From: Longimicrobiales bacterium
GTDB taxonomy: Bacteria; Gemmatimonadota; Gemmatimonadetes; Longimicrobiales; Gaopeijiaceae
Direction of reading: 5' to 3'
DNA length: 64,000 nt
Assembly (NCBI GenBank): GCA_965202805.1
Contig: OZ241869.1
Location: forward strand, 1,984,001-2,048,000
The translations under genes were made by a program, and so were the position numbers. The notes beneath the pieces were generated by a model. That model saw nothing but the letters and a program-made list of their open reading frames with translations. It did not search any database and was not told the DNA's origin. Below, one piece after another: positions 21,612-30,109 of the stretch; within the stretch, counting starts at the first letter, position 1, and each line of letters starts with the position of its first letter.

Positions 21612-23953
21612 GTTGGTATACGCATGGTTAGTTGAGCACCTGACAACGCGGCGGAATATGAAGAGCGGGTAAGCGAAATGGCGCCTCCCATCCCTTCGAC
21701 AACTTGCTTCACATGATGAAGGCCTAGTCCGGATCCATCAGTCGTGGTCACGCCCTTCTCCAAGATCCTTCGAAGCGGATCGACCGAGGCAGGCCACCCC
21801 CCTCCGTCATCAGCGACGGTGATCGACAATGCTGCCTCCGCCCCCGTTGTAGCCTGTAAGCAAAAACTGATCTTGCGCGCCCCGGCCTTGGCCGCGTTCG
21901 ACACAAGGTTGTCCAATACAATGCCGATCTCAATTGGCCGAAATCGACGCTTAACCACTTGGTCATCACCGTGAACTTCGATGGCAATGCCATGGGGCGC
22001 CCACAAGGACGCTATCGTGCTGGCGTATTCTCGCACATAGCCTGTGAGGTCCATCGTTACAGCAGTGGCCTGCTTTCTGTAATCTTTCTTTGTGGCAAAT
22101 CTTGCCGCAGTCAGGATCTGGCTGTTGCGAAACGACATCCGTTCAAGAAAATCAACCCATGCCGACGTTGAAACTGTCTTGTCTTTCCGTAGAGCACGCA
22201 TCTTTCTCTTGATACCATGCTGGACGTCCGCGGCGTGCATAAGGATCTGATGGTGCAAGTTCAGAATAGTGTCCTGGTCGAAGGACGTTACGGCGGCCAG
22301 GAACCGGTTACGCTGCCGCTCTGCAGTGTATTTTTTCTCGGCGGCCTGTGCGGCCTCCTTGGCAGCTGCCGCCTGTGCCGCCGCTTCCTCGGCGGCGGCG
22401 GTTGCCTCGGCTTCGGATGCCCGCAACGCCTTGATGCGGGCCCTGGCATGTTTTACCTCTGCCAGAAGTGCTTCGTCACCCGTGCGTTCGGCGAGCGTCG
22501 TGAGCGTACTCAGCGAAGCGGCGAAAGCCTCCACTTTGTCGTCGATTATTCGAACGAGATCCCTGCTAAACTCAAGTACTTCGATGTTTGCAGTGGCAGC
22601 AAGCTGAGAAACCAGTTGTCCAACCCGTGCACTACTTGCGTCCCGCCGGATTCGGGAGATGTCAGCAACATCCTTATCGAGTTTGTCCTTCCAAGTGATG
22701 TCCACGACATACCGTTCCAATCGCTTGACACACTTGTCACGCACACATTCGACGAGATCCGCAACTTCGCGGGTTCGGATCAACCCTTGGTTGCGACTCG
22801 TGGCCTCCTCGAACCCCTCTTCACCGTGCACGGCGACGCGGCCGATGAGGTCACGACCCCCGAGAAAGCGCCGAACGCCCTGCTGCTTCCGTCGATTGAG
22901 TCCGAAGTAATCGTCGTCCTCCGCGCCGATGGGGAGGACACGAAAGCCGTTGCGGAAGAGAAAAATGGAACCGAACTGTACGCTCGGGACGCCCATGCGG
23001 CGGGCGAAGACGGTCTTGGCGCTGCGGTTAAGGTAGTATATTTCCGCCGTTAATCGTGATGCGCGTAGACTCTCATAGGGGTTGGGCTCGCGAATGTGAT
23101 AGATTAAGTGACCTCGATCTTCAAGAATGGAATCGAGGGTGTTGCCATCATCTTCGAGTGAGATGCGTATAACCGTAGTACGCCCGCGCAGGGCATCAAG
23201 GACTGGGTTAGTAACGATACCGTTTACTATCACACGAAGTGGGCGCGACGCTTTGCGAGCGCGGTTGTAGCGTGCGTCGTCGCGATCCTGCACCGCTTCG
23301 GCCGGCGCCTCGATCCGAATCTGGAAATCGGGAGAGTCACCGGAAAAGGGATTGATAAGCTTTGCGAGCTCCCGCTTGAGGCGCTGGAGCTTCTTCCGAT
23401 CCCAGCTAGTTCGAAGCTGCTTGATCACGAGTACGGTGCCGGTATCTTGAGGTGTGGTCGAGAGATGGGAGGGGAAGCCATCGATCTGCGACAGTTCGGC
23501 CTCGATGGTAACAAACTCTTGCTTCAGATCCTGTTCGTAGGCGGTCCAATCGATCGTGAGCACCTGTACCTCATGGCCTTCGGCTCGAGAATAGAGGATG
23601 AGCCGCTTGCCGAGACGATCACAAGAAAAACGACCGACGCCTTTTGCTCCAGCGTAGGTTCGTGGAGGTCGACGCAGCTTGTGGCGGTAGTCATCGTCCT
23701 CGGTGCCGTCCCTCTTTGCAGAATATGCGATGAAGAGCCACTTGTTTTGGATATCTGAGGGCGACATTCCTTTGCCATCGTCGGTGATGACGACGCTATC
23801 GCGGGAGAAAGAGAGAGTTACCGTCTGAGCGTGTGCGTCGAAGGAGTTCTTCACCAACTCAAAAATGGCAACAAAGTCATCCGTGATTAGATCTTTCCCG
23901 ATCAGATCCTTCAAGCCCGTGCTGATCCGAAATGGTTGGTAGGATGCCGGCAT
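21608..23953 (-). CDS. MORC/GHKL ATPase fused to a histidine kinase
   Basis: N-terminal ELVKNSFDA, DDGKGM, GAKGVGRFS; Ala-rich coiled coil; LHHQI; C-terminal LDNLVSNAAKA, DDGGG, GSGLGL. Confidence 0.85.
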   Translation of the reverse strand: MPASYQPFRISTGLKDLIGKDLITDDFVAIFELVKNSFDAHAQTVTLSFSRDSVVITDDGKGMSPSDIQNKWLFIAYSAKRDGTEDDDYRHKLRRPPRTYAGAKGVGRFSCDRLGKRLILYSRAEGHEVQVLTIDWTAYEQDLKQEFVTIEAELSQIDGFPSHLSTTPQDTGTVLVIKQLRTSWDRKKLQRLKRELAKLINPFSGDSPDFQIRIEAPAEAVQDRDDARYNRARKASRPLRVIVNGIVTNPVLDALRGRTTVIRISLEDDGNTLDSILEDRGHLIYHIREPNPYESLRASRLTAEIYYLNRSAKTVFARRMGVPSVQFGSIFLFRNGFRVLPIGAEDDDYFGLNRRKQQGVRRFLGGRDLIGRVAVHGEEGFEEATSRNQGLIRTREVADLVECVRDKCVKRLERYVVDITWKDKLDKDVADISRIRRDASSARVGQLVSQLAATANIEVLEFSRDLVRIIDDKVEAFAASLSTLTTLAERTGDEALLAEVKHARARIKALRASEAEATAAAEEAAAQAAAAKEAAQAAEKKYTAERQRNRFLAAVTSFDQDTILNLHHQILMHAADVQHGIKRKMRALRKDKTVSTSAWVDFLERMSFRNSQILTAARFATKKDYRKQATAVTMDLTGYVREYASTIASLWAPHGIAIEVHGDDQVVKRRFRPIEIGIVLDNLVSNAAKAGARKISFCLQATTGAEAALSITVADDGGGWPASVDPLRRILEKGVTTTDGSGLGLHHVKQVVEGMGGAISLTRSSYSAALSGAQLTMRIPT

Positions 23954-23954
23954 G

Positions 23955-25826
23955 TTATACTGACGGGGACGTGGTGCCCGTGACTGACGCACGATGACTA
24001 GAACGGTTGGGGAACGATAGAATCGTGGTCTCGGGACTACGGGTCCCGCGTGCGTGAGCCGGGATCGCTGCGTCGATCTTGGCGGCGCGGAAGGCAATGT
24101 CGATCTCGTCCAGTCGTGACCGTACTGTTCCCTTCACGTTCGGGGTATCATAGAACCCCCCGTCAGGCTCGAAACTGCAACTAGGGTCGTCTTCGAGGAG
24201 GAGCAGGAACTGCCTAATCCGTGCTGCAACCGCATGGGCAAACCGTGGAGGAACGGCGTTCGCCACTTGCGTATACTGCGGGACGTAGACTCCTGCACGC
24301 CTCCGCTCCGCCCCAGTAGTGCGCACACCCTTGAACTCAAACCAGTCGGGAAAGGTCTGGAGACGAGCAACCTCCCGAACGGTGGGAATCCTGTCCTCAG
24401 CGTGGTGGACGATGTCGTCCGGAAGAGAAGTGACCGTGAGCATCGGCCACTCGTCTGCGACAAGTACGCGTTGCGATTGTTTCCTGGTGACAAGCTCCGG
24501 AAACTGCTCGCTGAACTGGCGCCGAAGCCATCTGCTACTACACCGATGCTCCCGCGCCTCGGCCGAGCTCGTTGCAGCCGTCCTAAGCAGCTGGAGTTTC
24601 CGCACCACGTCTGGGCAATGCGAAGACGCTTCGTGGTTGAAGTACCGTTCTAGCGGAGCGTCGTCCGCCGAACCCAGGATTCCGCCGTCCAGATACTTCG
24701 ACTGCGGAGCCCGCACCTCGCGGAGGAACCCGCTCAGACCACGCGTGCCGTTTCGACGATACGCCCCAGTCCAGCTTTCTCCTGTCCCGTAGACCGGCGG
24801 TGCACTTGCTAGGTCACCAAGGATCTCCTTGGCGGTCAGAGAAGACCCCGCTGCAACCGCCGTTCCCTGGAGTCGACCATCGGTTGGTCGGCTGCGTGGA
24901 CAGGCGACCGGAAACAACAGTCGTGGCAACCTCTCGCATGCGGTCGGGTCAACGAGGTCTCGACGGACGCCAACGAGCAACAAGCGTCGGCGGGTCTGGG
25001 GGACTCCTAGCGGTTCTCCGTGAACGAGTTCTCCGTACACGTAGTACCCTGGGCGACTCTTGTCCCTGCGAGAGAGTGCCGCGCCGATCTCGCGAACCAG
25101 ATCGGCGTGCCGCTCCAACAGCCCTGGGACGTTCTCGATGATGGCAACGCGCGGTTGGACGGCACTGATGACTCGGATCGCTTCGTGGACGAGCAGGTTT
25201 CGCTCGTCGTCCGGGCACGCTTTGCCGGCGCACGAGAACCCCTGGCAAGGTGGCCCCGCCACGAGCAAGTCGATGCCGGTCGGGCGGCGTTCTAGCCACG
25301 TCCGAAGCCACCGGTCTGGAAGCGCCTCGCGAATGTCGCCACCACGCATGTGGCGGTCGAAGTCCTGGGGGAGCGATTCCCTGTCCTCAAGGATTTGCTC
25401 TCGCGCTTCCGCTCTGTACGCTGCGCGCGCGCTCCGCGACGGGTCACTAGGTCTTCCCGGAAGCACGCCTCCTGGCCTGTCGCCAACGATATTGTGGCGA
25501 TACGTCCACTCCGCGTCAGCTGAGTACTCGTTGGCGAGCACGACGTCGAAGCCGGCCCGGCGTAGTCCCAGCGCGAAGCCGCCAGCTCCCGAAAACAGGT
25601 CGACCGCAGTCAGCACTCGGTGACGAGGAGCGGCAGCGCGTCCTTTGGCCCCAAGGTCACCGCTGTTGCTCTCGGGAGCGGTCCTGTCTTGTCCTCCCGC
25701 TATCCCCACTCGCGTATCCCCTTGTCTGGTGAGAGGGATCGGTGCATCAAGTGACCCTCGCTGTCGAGTTGGCTCCTGAGCGGCCACGCCACCTGACCGT
25801 CCTTCGTCAAGACCACGTCGTGGCAA
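23955..25826 (-). CDS. dcm: C5 cytosine DNA methyltransferase (start uncertain)
   Basis: DLFSGAGG, GPPCQGFS, ENV, QTRRR, TVREVARLQTFPDWF, QVANAVPP. Confidence 0.93.
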   Translation of the reverse strand: MPRRGLDEGRSGGVAAQEPTRQRGSLDAPIPLTRQGDTRVGIAGGQDRTAPESNSGDLGAKGRAAAPRHRVLTAVDLFSGAGGFALGLRRAGFDVVLANEYSADAEWTYRHNIVGDRPGGVLPGRPSDPSRSARAAYRAEAREQILEDRESLPQDFDRHMRGGDIREALPDRWLRTWLERRPTGIDLLVAGPPCQGFSCAGKACPDDERNLLVHEAIRVISAVQPRVAIIENVPGLLERHADLVREIGAALSRRDKSRPGYYVYGELVHGEPLGVPQTRRRLLLVGVRRDLVDPTACERLPRLLFPVACPRSRPTDGRLQGTAVAAGSSLTAKEILGDLASAPPVYGTGESWTGAYRRNGTRGLSGFLREVRAPQSKYLDGGILGSADDAPLERYFNHEASSHCPDVVRKLQLLRTAATSSAEAREHRCSSRWLRRQFSEQFPELVTRKQSQRVLVADEWPMLTVTSLPDDIVHHAEDRIPTVREVARLQTFPDWFEFKGVRTTGAERRRAGVYVPQYTQVANAVPPRFAHAVAARIRQFLLLLEDDPSCSFEPDGGFYDTPNVKGTVRSRLDEIDIAFRAAKIDAAIPAHARGTRSPETTILSFPNRSSHRASVTGTTSPSV

Positions 25827-26186
25827 GTATGCCTCGAACCGGACCGCGCCGCCAGATCCGAGAGCGCCCTGGTCCGGTATGCGTCTCGCGCGACGTCACC
25901 GTCCTACTTCCCGGGTGACTCAATAACGCACATACCGAGTCGCGTGAACAGTGCCCAGCGAGAGCGCTGGTCCGGCATGGGATGTTAGCGATCGCCGTCA
26001 AGCCCGATTCGCTGCGCTCATGCCCTTGACGGCAACCCGAATGCGCATGCTGCACAGGCGAGAGCCCTGAATGCCCGGGCGACGAGTTCGCACGGGCATC
26101 CCAGATGGTAGAGCCTGGCGGGAGAGCGTCCAGACCTGGAGGCTGGTCCGATCCGTGGTTCCCGTTCTGGCGCTTCGCCCAGCTTC

Positions 26187-28523
26187 CTATGCCGCGCCGG
26201 GGTCTCCGAAGCTGTAGCCGACGCCGTGCCGGTTGAAGATGTACGTGGGCTTGGCGGCGTCCTCGCCGAGCTTCTTGCGGAGCTTCTTCATGACCGTGCG
26301 GACGCGGGCGGTCTTTTCGGATCCCCGGCGTCCCCAGACCTGGCGGAGGAGCGTCCGGTGGGTCACGACGCGTCCGGCGTTGTGCGAGAGGATGCGCAGC
26401 AGATCGAACTCGGTGCCGGTGAGGGGCACGTCGCGTCCGGCGAGGGTGACGAGCCGCGCGGCGTAGTCGATGCGCAGGTCGCCTAGGGCGAACGTCTCGG
26501 GCGCGCCGCGCCGCCAGAGCGCGGCCTGGACGCGGGCGACGAGTTCGGTCGGCGAGAACGGCTTGACGATGTAGTCGGCCGCGCCGCTGTCGAGTGCGCG
26601 GGCGATGGTCTCGTCGCGCCCGTATCCCGAGATGAAGATGACGGGGATTTCGGCGAGCGCGGGGACGCGCCCCATCAGCTCGATCCCGTCGACGCCCGGG
26701 AGCATCAGGTCGAGGAGCACGAGGCTGGGCCGTTCGGCACGGATGATGCCGGCGAGCCGGTCCGGATCGCTGGTGACGACCGGGGCGTAGCCCGCGTCGG
26801 CGAGGGCGTCGCGCACGTCGCGCAGCGTGTGCCAGTCGTCGTCGAGGACCACGATCCGCCGCTCCCCGCCCTTCGTGCCCGGCGGGAGCGGGAGGCCGCC
26901 GGGCGGCGCGGTCGCGGCCGCGGCCGCGGCATCCGCGGCCGCCGGGATCGTGAACGTGAAGCGAGCGCCGAGGCCCGGTCCCCCGCTCTCGGCGCGGATG
27001 CGGCCGCCGTGCGCCTCGACGAGCCCCTTCGAGATGGCGAGCCCGAGCCCGGTGTCGCCCGCGAACCCCGCGCGCTTGCGGAACAGATACGGGAGCCGGT
27101 CGGGCGCGATCCCCCGGCCCTGGTCCGAGACGGACAGGGCGATGTGGGTGCCCTCGGCCGCGCCCTCGACGCGGATCGGCGCCGAGTGCGGCGAGTGCCG
27201 GGCCGCGTTGGCGAGCAGGTTGTTCAGCACCTGCCCGATGCGCTGCGGATCGACCATCGCCTGCGGCAGGTCGGGCGGCAGGTCGACGACGACGGCGTGG
27301 CGGCCGCCGCCGGTGAGGAAGGTCTTGCGGGCGCTCTCGACGAGCGAGGCGACGTGCGTGGGTTCTGGCGCGACGGTCAGCGTGCCCGCCTCGATGCTGC
27401 CGGCGTCGAGCAGGTTCGCGATGAGGCTCCGCATGCGGTCGGCCTGATCGTCGATGATGCGGAAGATCTGGAGCAGCTCGGCCGGGTGCGGCGCGGGCGA
27501 TGCGCCAAGCGCGGTCGTCGTCGAGCCCTTGATCGAGATGAGCGGAGCGCGCAGCTCGTGGCTCACCATCTCCAGGAACTCCGCCCGCTGCCGCCCGAGT
27601 TCGTCGAGCGGCGCCAGGTCCTGGAAGCTGACCACGAACGACACCACCTCGCCGTCGTCCGAGCGGATGGGGGTGGCGTTGACGAGCGTGCGCACGCTCC
27701 GCCCGTCGGGGACCGAGAGTTCGATCTCCTCGGCGCGCACCTCCTCGGCGTCTTCGAGCCGCCGCGCCAGGGGAGACTCCGCGAGCGAGACTTCCCGCCC
27801 GTCCGCGTAGCGGCAGGTCATCACGTCGAGGAGCTGTTCGGCCGGACGGCCCGGAGTACGGATCTCCTCGACGATCCGCCGCGCCTCGCGGTTGACCGAG
27901 ACCGCGCGGCCCGTGGCCGCATCGATGACCACGACGCCGACCGGACAGGTCTCGACCAGGGTCTCAAGGTCGGCCCGCGCGCGCTCGACCGCGCGGTACG
28001 CGCGCGCGTTCGCGATCGCGGCGGCCGCCTGCGAGGCGAACAGCACGAGGATCTCCTCGTCCTCCGCCGTGAACGCCGCGCCGTCCTCCTTGTCGGCGAG
28101 AAAGAAGCCCCCGAACCGCTCTCCGCGGTGGCGCATCGGCGTCGCCTGGAGCGTCTTCGAGCCCCACGGGCCCGGAGAGCAGCCGAGCGAGCGCAGGTAC
28201 CCCGGGACGTCCGCCACGCGCAGCGGGCCCGGAAGGTCCCGCAGGTGCTCGAAGACCCGCAGCCCGTCGGGCCACTCGACCACCGCCCGGCGCTCCTCGG
28301 GCGAAAGACCGGAGGTGACGAAGTCCCGGACCTCGCCCCGCTCGCCGAACGTCGTGATCACCCCGACCCGGGCGCCGGTGAGTCCGCGCGCGCTCTCGAC
28401 CACGTCCTCGAGCACGGTGGGCGGGTCGAGGCTCTGGCTGATCCGCAGGATCGCCGCGCTCAGACGCGTGATGCGCTCATCGCGGGGGTCGTTTCCAGGC
28501 CCGGCCGGGTCTCGCTCGCTCAA
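26187..28523 (-). CDS. Hybrid sensor kinase GAF-PAS-HisKA-HATPase-REC-OmpR wHTH
   Basis: FTAEDEEILVLFASQAA; VSHELRAPL; NLLANA, DQGRG, GLGLAI; LLDLMLPG, DYIVKPF; LTGTEFDLL...LRKKL...YIFNRHGVGY. Confidence 0.92.
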   Translation of the reverse strand: MSERDPAGPGNDPRDERITRLSAAILRISQSLDPPTVLEDVVESARGLTGARVGVITTFGERGEVRDFVTSGLSPEERRAVVEWPDGLRVFEHLRDLPGPLRVADVPGYLRSLGCSPGPWGSKTLQATPMRHRGERFGGFFLADKEDGAAFTAEDEEILVLFASQAAAAIANARAYRAVERARADLETLVETCPVGVVVIDAATGRAVSVNREARRIVEEIRTPGRPAEQLLDVMTCRYADGREVSLAESPLARRLEDAEEVRAEEIELSVPDGRSVRTLVNATPIRSDDGEVVSFVVSFQDLAPLDELGRQRAEFLEMVSHELRAPLISIKGSTTTALGASPAPHPAELLQIFRIIDDQADRMRSLIANLLDAGSIEAGTLTVAPEPTHVASLVESARKTFLTGGGRHAVVVDLPPDLPQAMVDPQRIGQVLNNLLANAARHSPHSAPIRVEGAAEGTHIALSVSDQGRGIAPDRLPYLFRKRAGFAGDTGLGLAISKGLVEAHGGRIRAESGGPGLGARFTFTIPAAADAAAAAATAPPGGLPLPPGTKGGERRIVVLDDDWHTLRDVRDALADAGYAPVVTSDPDRLAGIIRAERPSLVLLDLMLPGVDGIELMGRVPALAEIPVIFISGYGRDETIARALDSGAADYIVKPFSPTELVARVQAALWRRGAPETFALGDLRIDYAARLVTLAGRDVPLTGTEFDLLRILSHNAGRVVTHRTLLRQVWGRRGSEKTARVRTVMKKLRKKLGEDAAKPTYIFNRHGVGYSFGDPGAA

Positions 28524-28609
28524 CTGTCCACTCCCCGGAGAAGGTGGGGCGGAGGGGCATGGGAACCCCGCCGCGGAAGTGGACTGAAGATAGCGGCTTG
28601 CCAGGCGGG

Positions 28610-28668
28610 AGTCACGAGGTGGTCCCGCGCATTTCTCAGGAAGTCACGAACGAGTCACGACTCGTTCG
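28610..28668. promoter_or_regulatory. AGTCACGA direct repeats (28610, 28642, 28653) plus inverted repeat CGAACGAGTC-ac-GACTCGTTCG; candidate OmpR/PhoB-type box
   Basis: 11-bp periodic tandem upstream of a wHTH-containing kinase. Confidence 0.5.
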
Positions 28669-28680
28669 GTAGATTGCAGA

Positions 28681-28714
28681 GTAGCTCTCGATTATTGCAT
28701 TAATCGAGAGCTAC
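28681..28714 (-). repeat. lox-like recombination site 1 (13-8-13)
   Basis: GTAGCTCTCGATT-ATTGCATT-AATCGAGAGCTAC. Confidence 0.92.
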
Positions 28715-28723
28715 GGAGTGTGA

Positions 28724-28752
28724 AAGTTGTGACCCCGGGCTCAGGGCGTCAA
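28724..28752 (-). promoter_or_regulatory. Candidate outward-facing sigma70 promoter inside the invertible segment
   Basis: Minus strand TTGACG-17 bp-CAACTT ending 9 bp before site 1. Confidence 0.45.
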
Positions 28753-28773
28753 CCTCGGTCGTGATCCGGCCCG

Positions 28774-29751
28774 TCACGCGCGTCTCTGGAGCCGCGCGAG
28801 CTGCGCCGCTCCGTTGCGCTGCGGCAGCAGGCGTTCGCCGTAGCGCTGGACCATCGAGGCGCTCCTCCAGCGGCCGGCCTGCATGATGGCCGGGACTCCG
28901 ATCCCCGAGGCGATCATGTCCTGCGCCGCCCCCACGCGGGGGCTGTGCCCGGCGATCCGGCCGACCTCGTCAGCGGAAAGCCCCGCGCGTTCGGCCATCG
29001 CCTTGTAGATGCGCGGCACCTGGCTCTCGGGCAGCGCGCCCCCGAGCGTGCCGTTCCTGCGGACCGAACGGAACAGCGGCCCGGCGCCGATCCCGCCCGC
29101 GTCGAGCCAGTCCCGCACCAGCCTGACGGTGTCGCGGTGCAGGTACAGCATCGCGCCGGCGCCCTCGGGATCGGTCTTCGCGCGGCGCACCAGGAGCGAG
29201 GCCGATCCGCACCTATCCGTATACAGGTCATTGACTTGGAGCGCCACCAGCTCGGACCGGCGAAGCATGGCGTCGTAGGCCACGGCGAGCAACGCGCGGT
29301 TGCGCGCGTCGATCGTGCGCTCGCCCGCGGCGTCGATCAGGCGCCGCCGCAGCGTCCAGGTCAGGCCCAGCGCCTGCGCCGGGCGGCACGCGTGCCGGCG
29401 GCAGACCCGCTTGAGCGCGCGCCGCACCGCCGCGCGCTCGGCGGGGCTCGGCTCCCCGGCCGAGCGGTGCGCGCTGGCGATGCTCGACAGGTAGCGCCGC
29501 ACGGTGCCCGGCGTTCGGCCGGCCGCCGCCGCCTCCTCGATGTAGGCGGCCACGGTGGCGGCGCGCGCGGGCAGCGGCCGGACTCCGCGCTCGGCGCACC
29601 ATGCCGCAAACCGGGCGAGATCCGACCTGAGCCCGCGCACGGTGTGGACGCTGAGGATGCCCTCGGCGGAGTCGAGGCAGGCATCGAATTGTGACCATTT
29701 CGGATCGGGCGCCGGACGCGCGGACACGGGGTCCGAGCCCCGAATCGGCAT
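28774..29751 (-). CDS. Cre-like tyrosine recombinase
   Basis: LRRSE (R), RAKTD (K), GHSPRVGAAQDM (HxxR), IMQAGRW (W), MVQRY (Y), closely paralleling Cre GHSARVGAARDM...IMQAGGW...Y; GGGAGG RBS. Confidence 0.92.
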   Translation of the reverse strand: MPIRGSDPVSARPAPDPKWSQFDACLDSAEGILSVHTVRGLRSDLARFAAWCAERGVRPLPARAATVAAYIEEAAAAGRTPGTVRRYLSSIASAHRSAGEPSPAERAAVRRALKRVCRRHACRPAQALGLTWTLRRRLIDAAGERTIDARNRALLAVAYDAMLRRSELVALQVNDLYTDRCGSASLLVRRAKTDPEGAGAMLYLHRDTVRLVRDWLDAGGIGAGPLFRSVRRNGTLGGALPESQVPRIYKAMAERAGLSADEVGRIAGHSPRVGAAQDMIASGIGVPAIMQAGRWRSASMVQRYGERLLPQRNGAAQLARLQRRA

Positions 29752-29786
29752 AAGTGCCTCCCTTGCAAGGATATAGGCCAAAAAAA

Positions 29787-29820
29787 GTAGCTCTCGATTA
29801 ATGCAATAATCGAGAGCTAC
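29787..29820 (+). repeat. lox-like recombination site 2, exact reverse complement of site 1
   Basis: GTAGCTCTCGATT-AATGCAAT-AATCGAGAGCTAC. Confidence 0.92.
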
Positions 29821-30109
29821 TTAACGGTAAGGAGGAGTCCCCATGGCCTCTTTGACGCTACGAGCCCTGACACGGATCGCGCGGGCGCGCCCGCACCCTC
29901 TCCTCCCTCCTCCTTCCCGCCCTCGCGCTCCTGCTCGGGGAGCTGTCGCTCTTCCCGGGCACCTCCCCGCCAGCCCGCCCCACGCGAAACGGTCCCTGAG
30001 CGACCGGATCCCGCGTCTCGGTCCGCCCAGGTCGTTCAGGACTTCCGTCCCCGTTTCCCGTGCGGCATCCGCCCGAACCCATGACTTAGTGAAACAGGAG
30101 GTTCACACG

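Noticed and set aside
28681..29820. Palindromic sites as terminators, dif sites or protelomerase targets
   Set aside because: No U-tract, identical arms unlike XerC/XerD dif halves, and an asymmetric spacer with an adjacent Cre-type enzyme fit lox-type sites better
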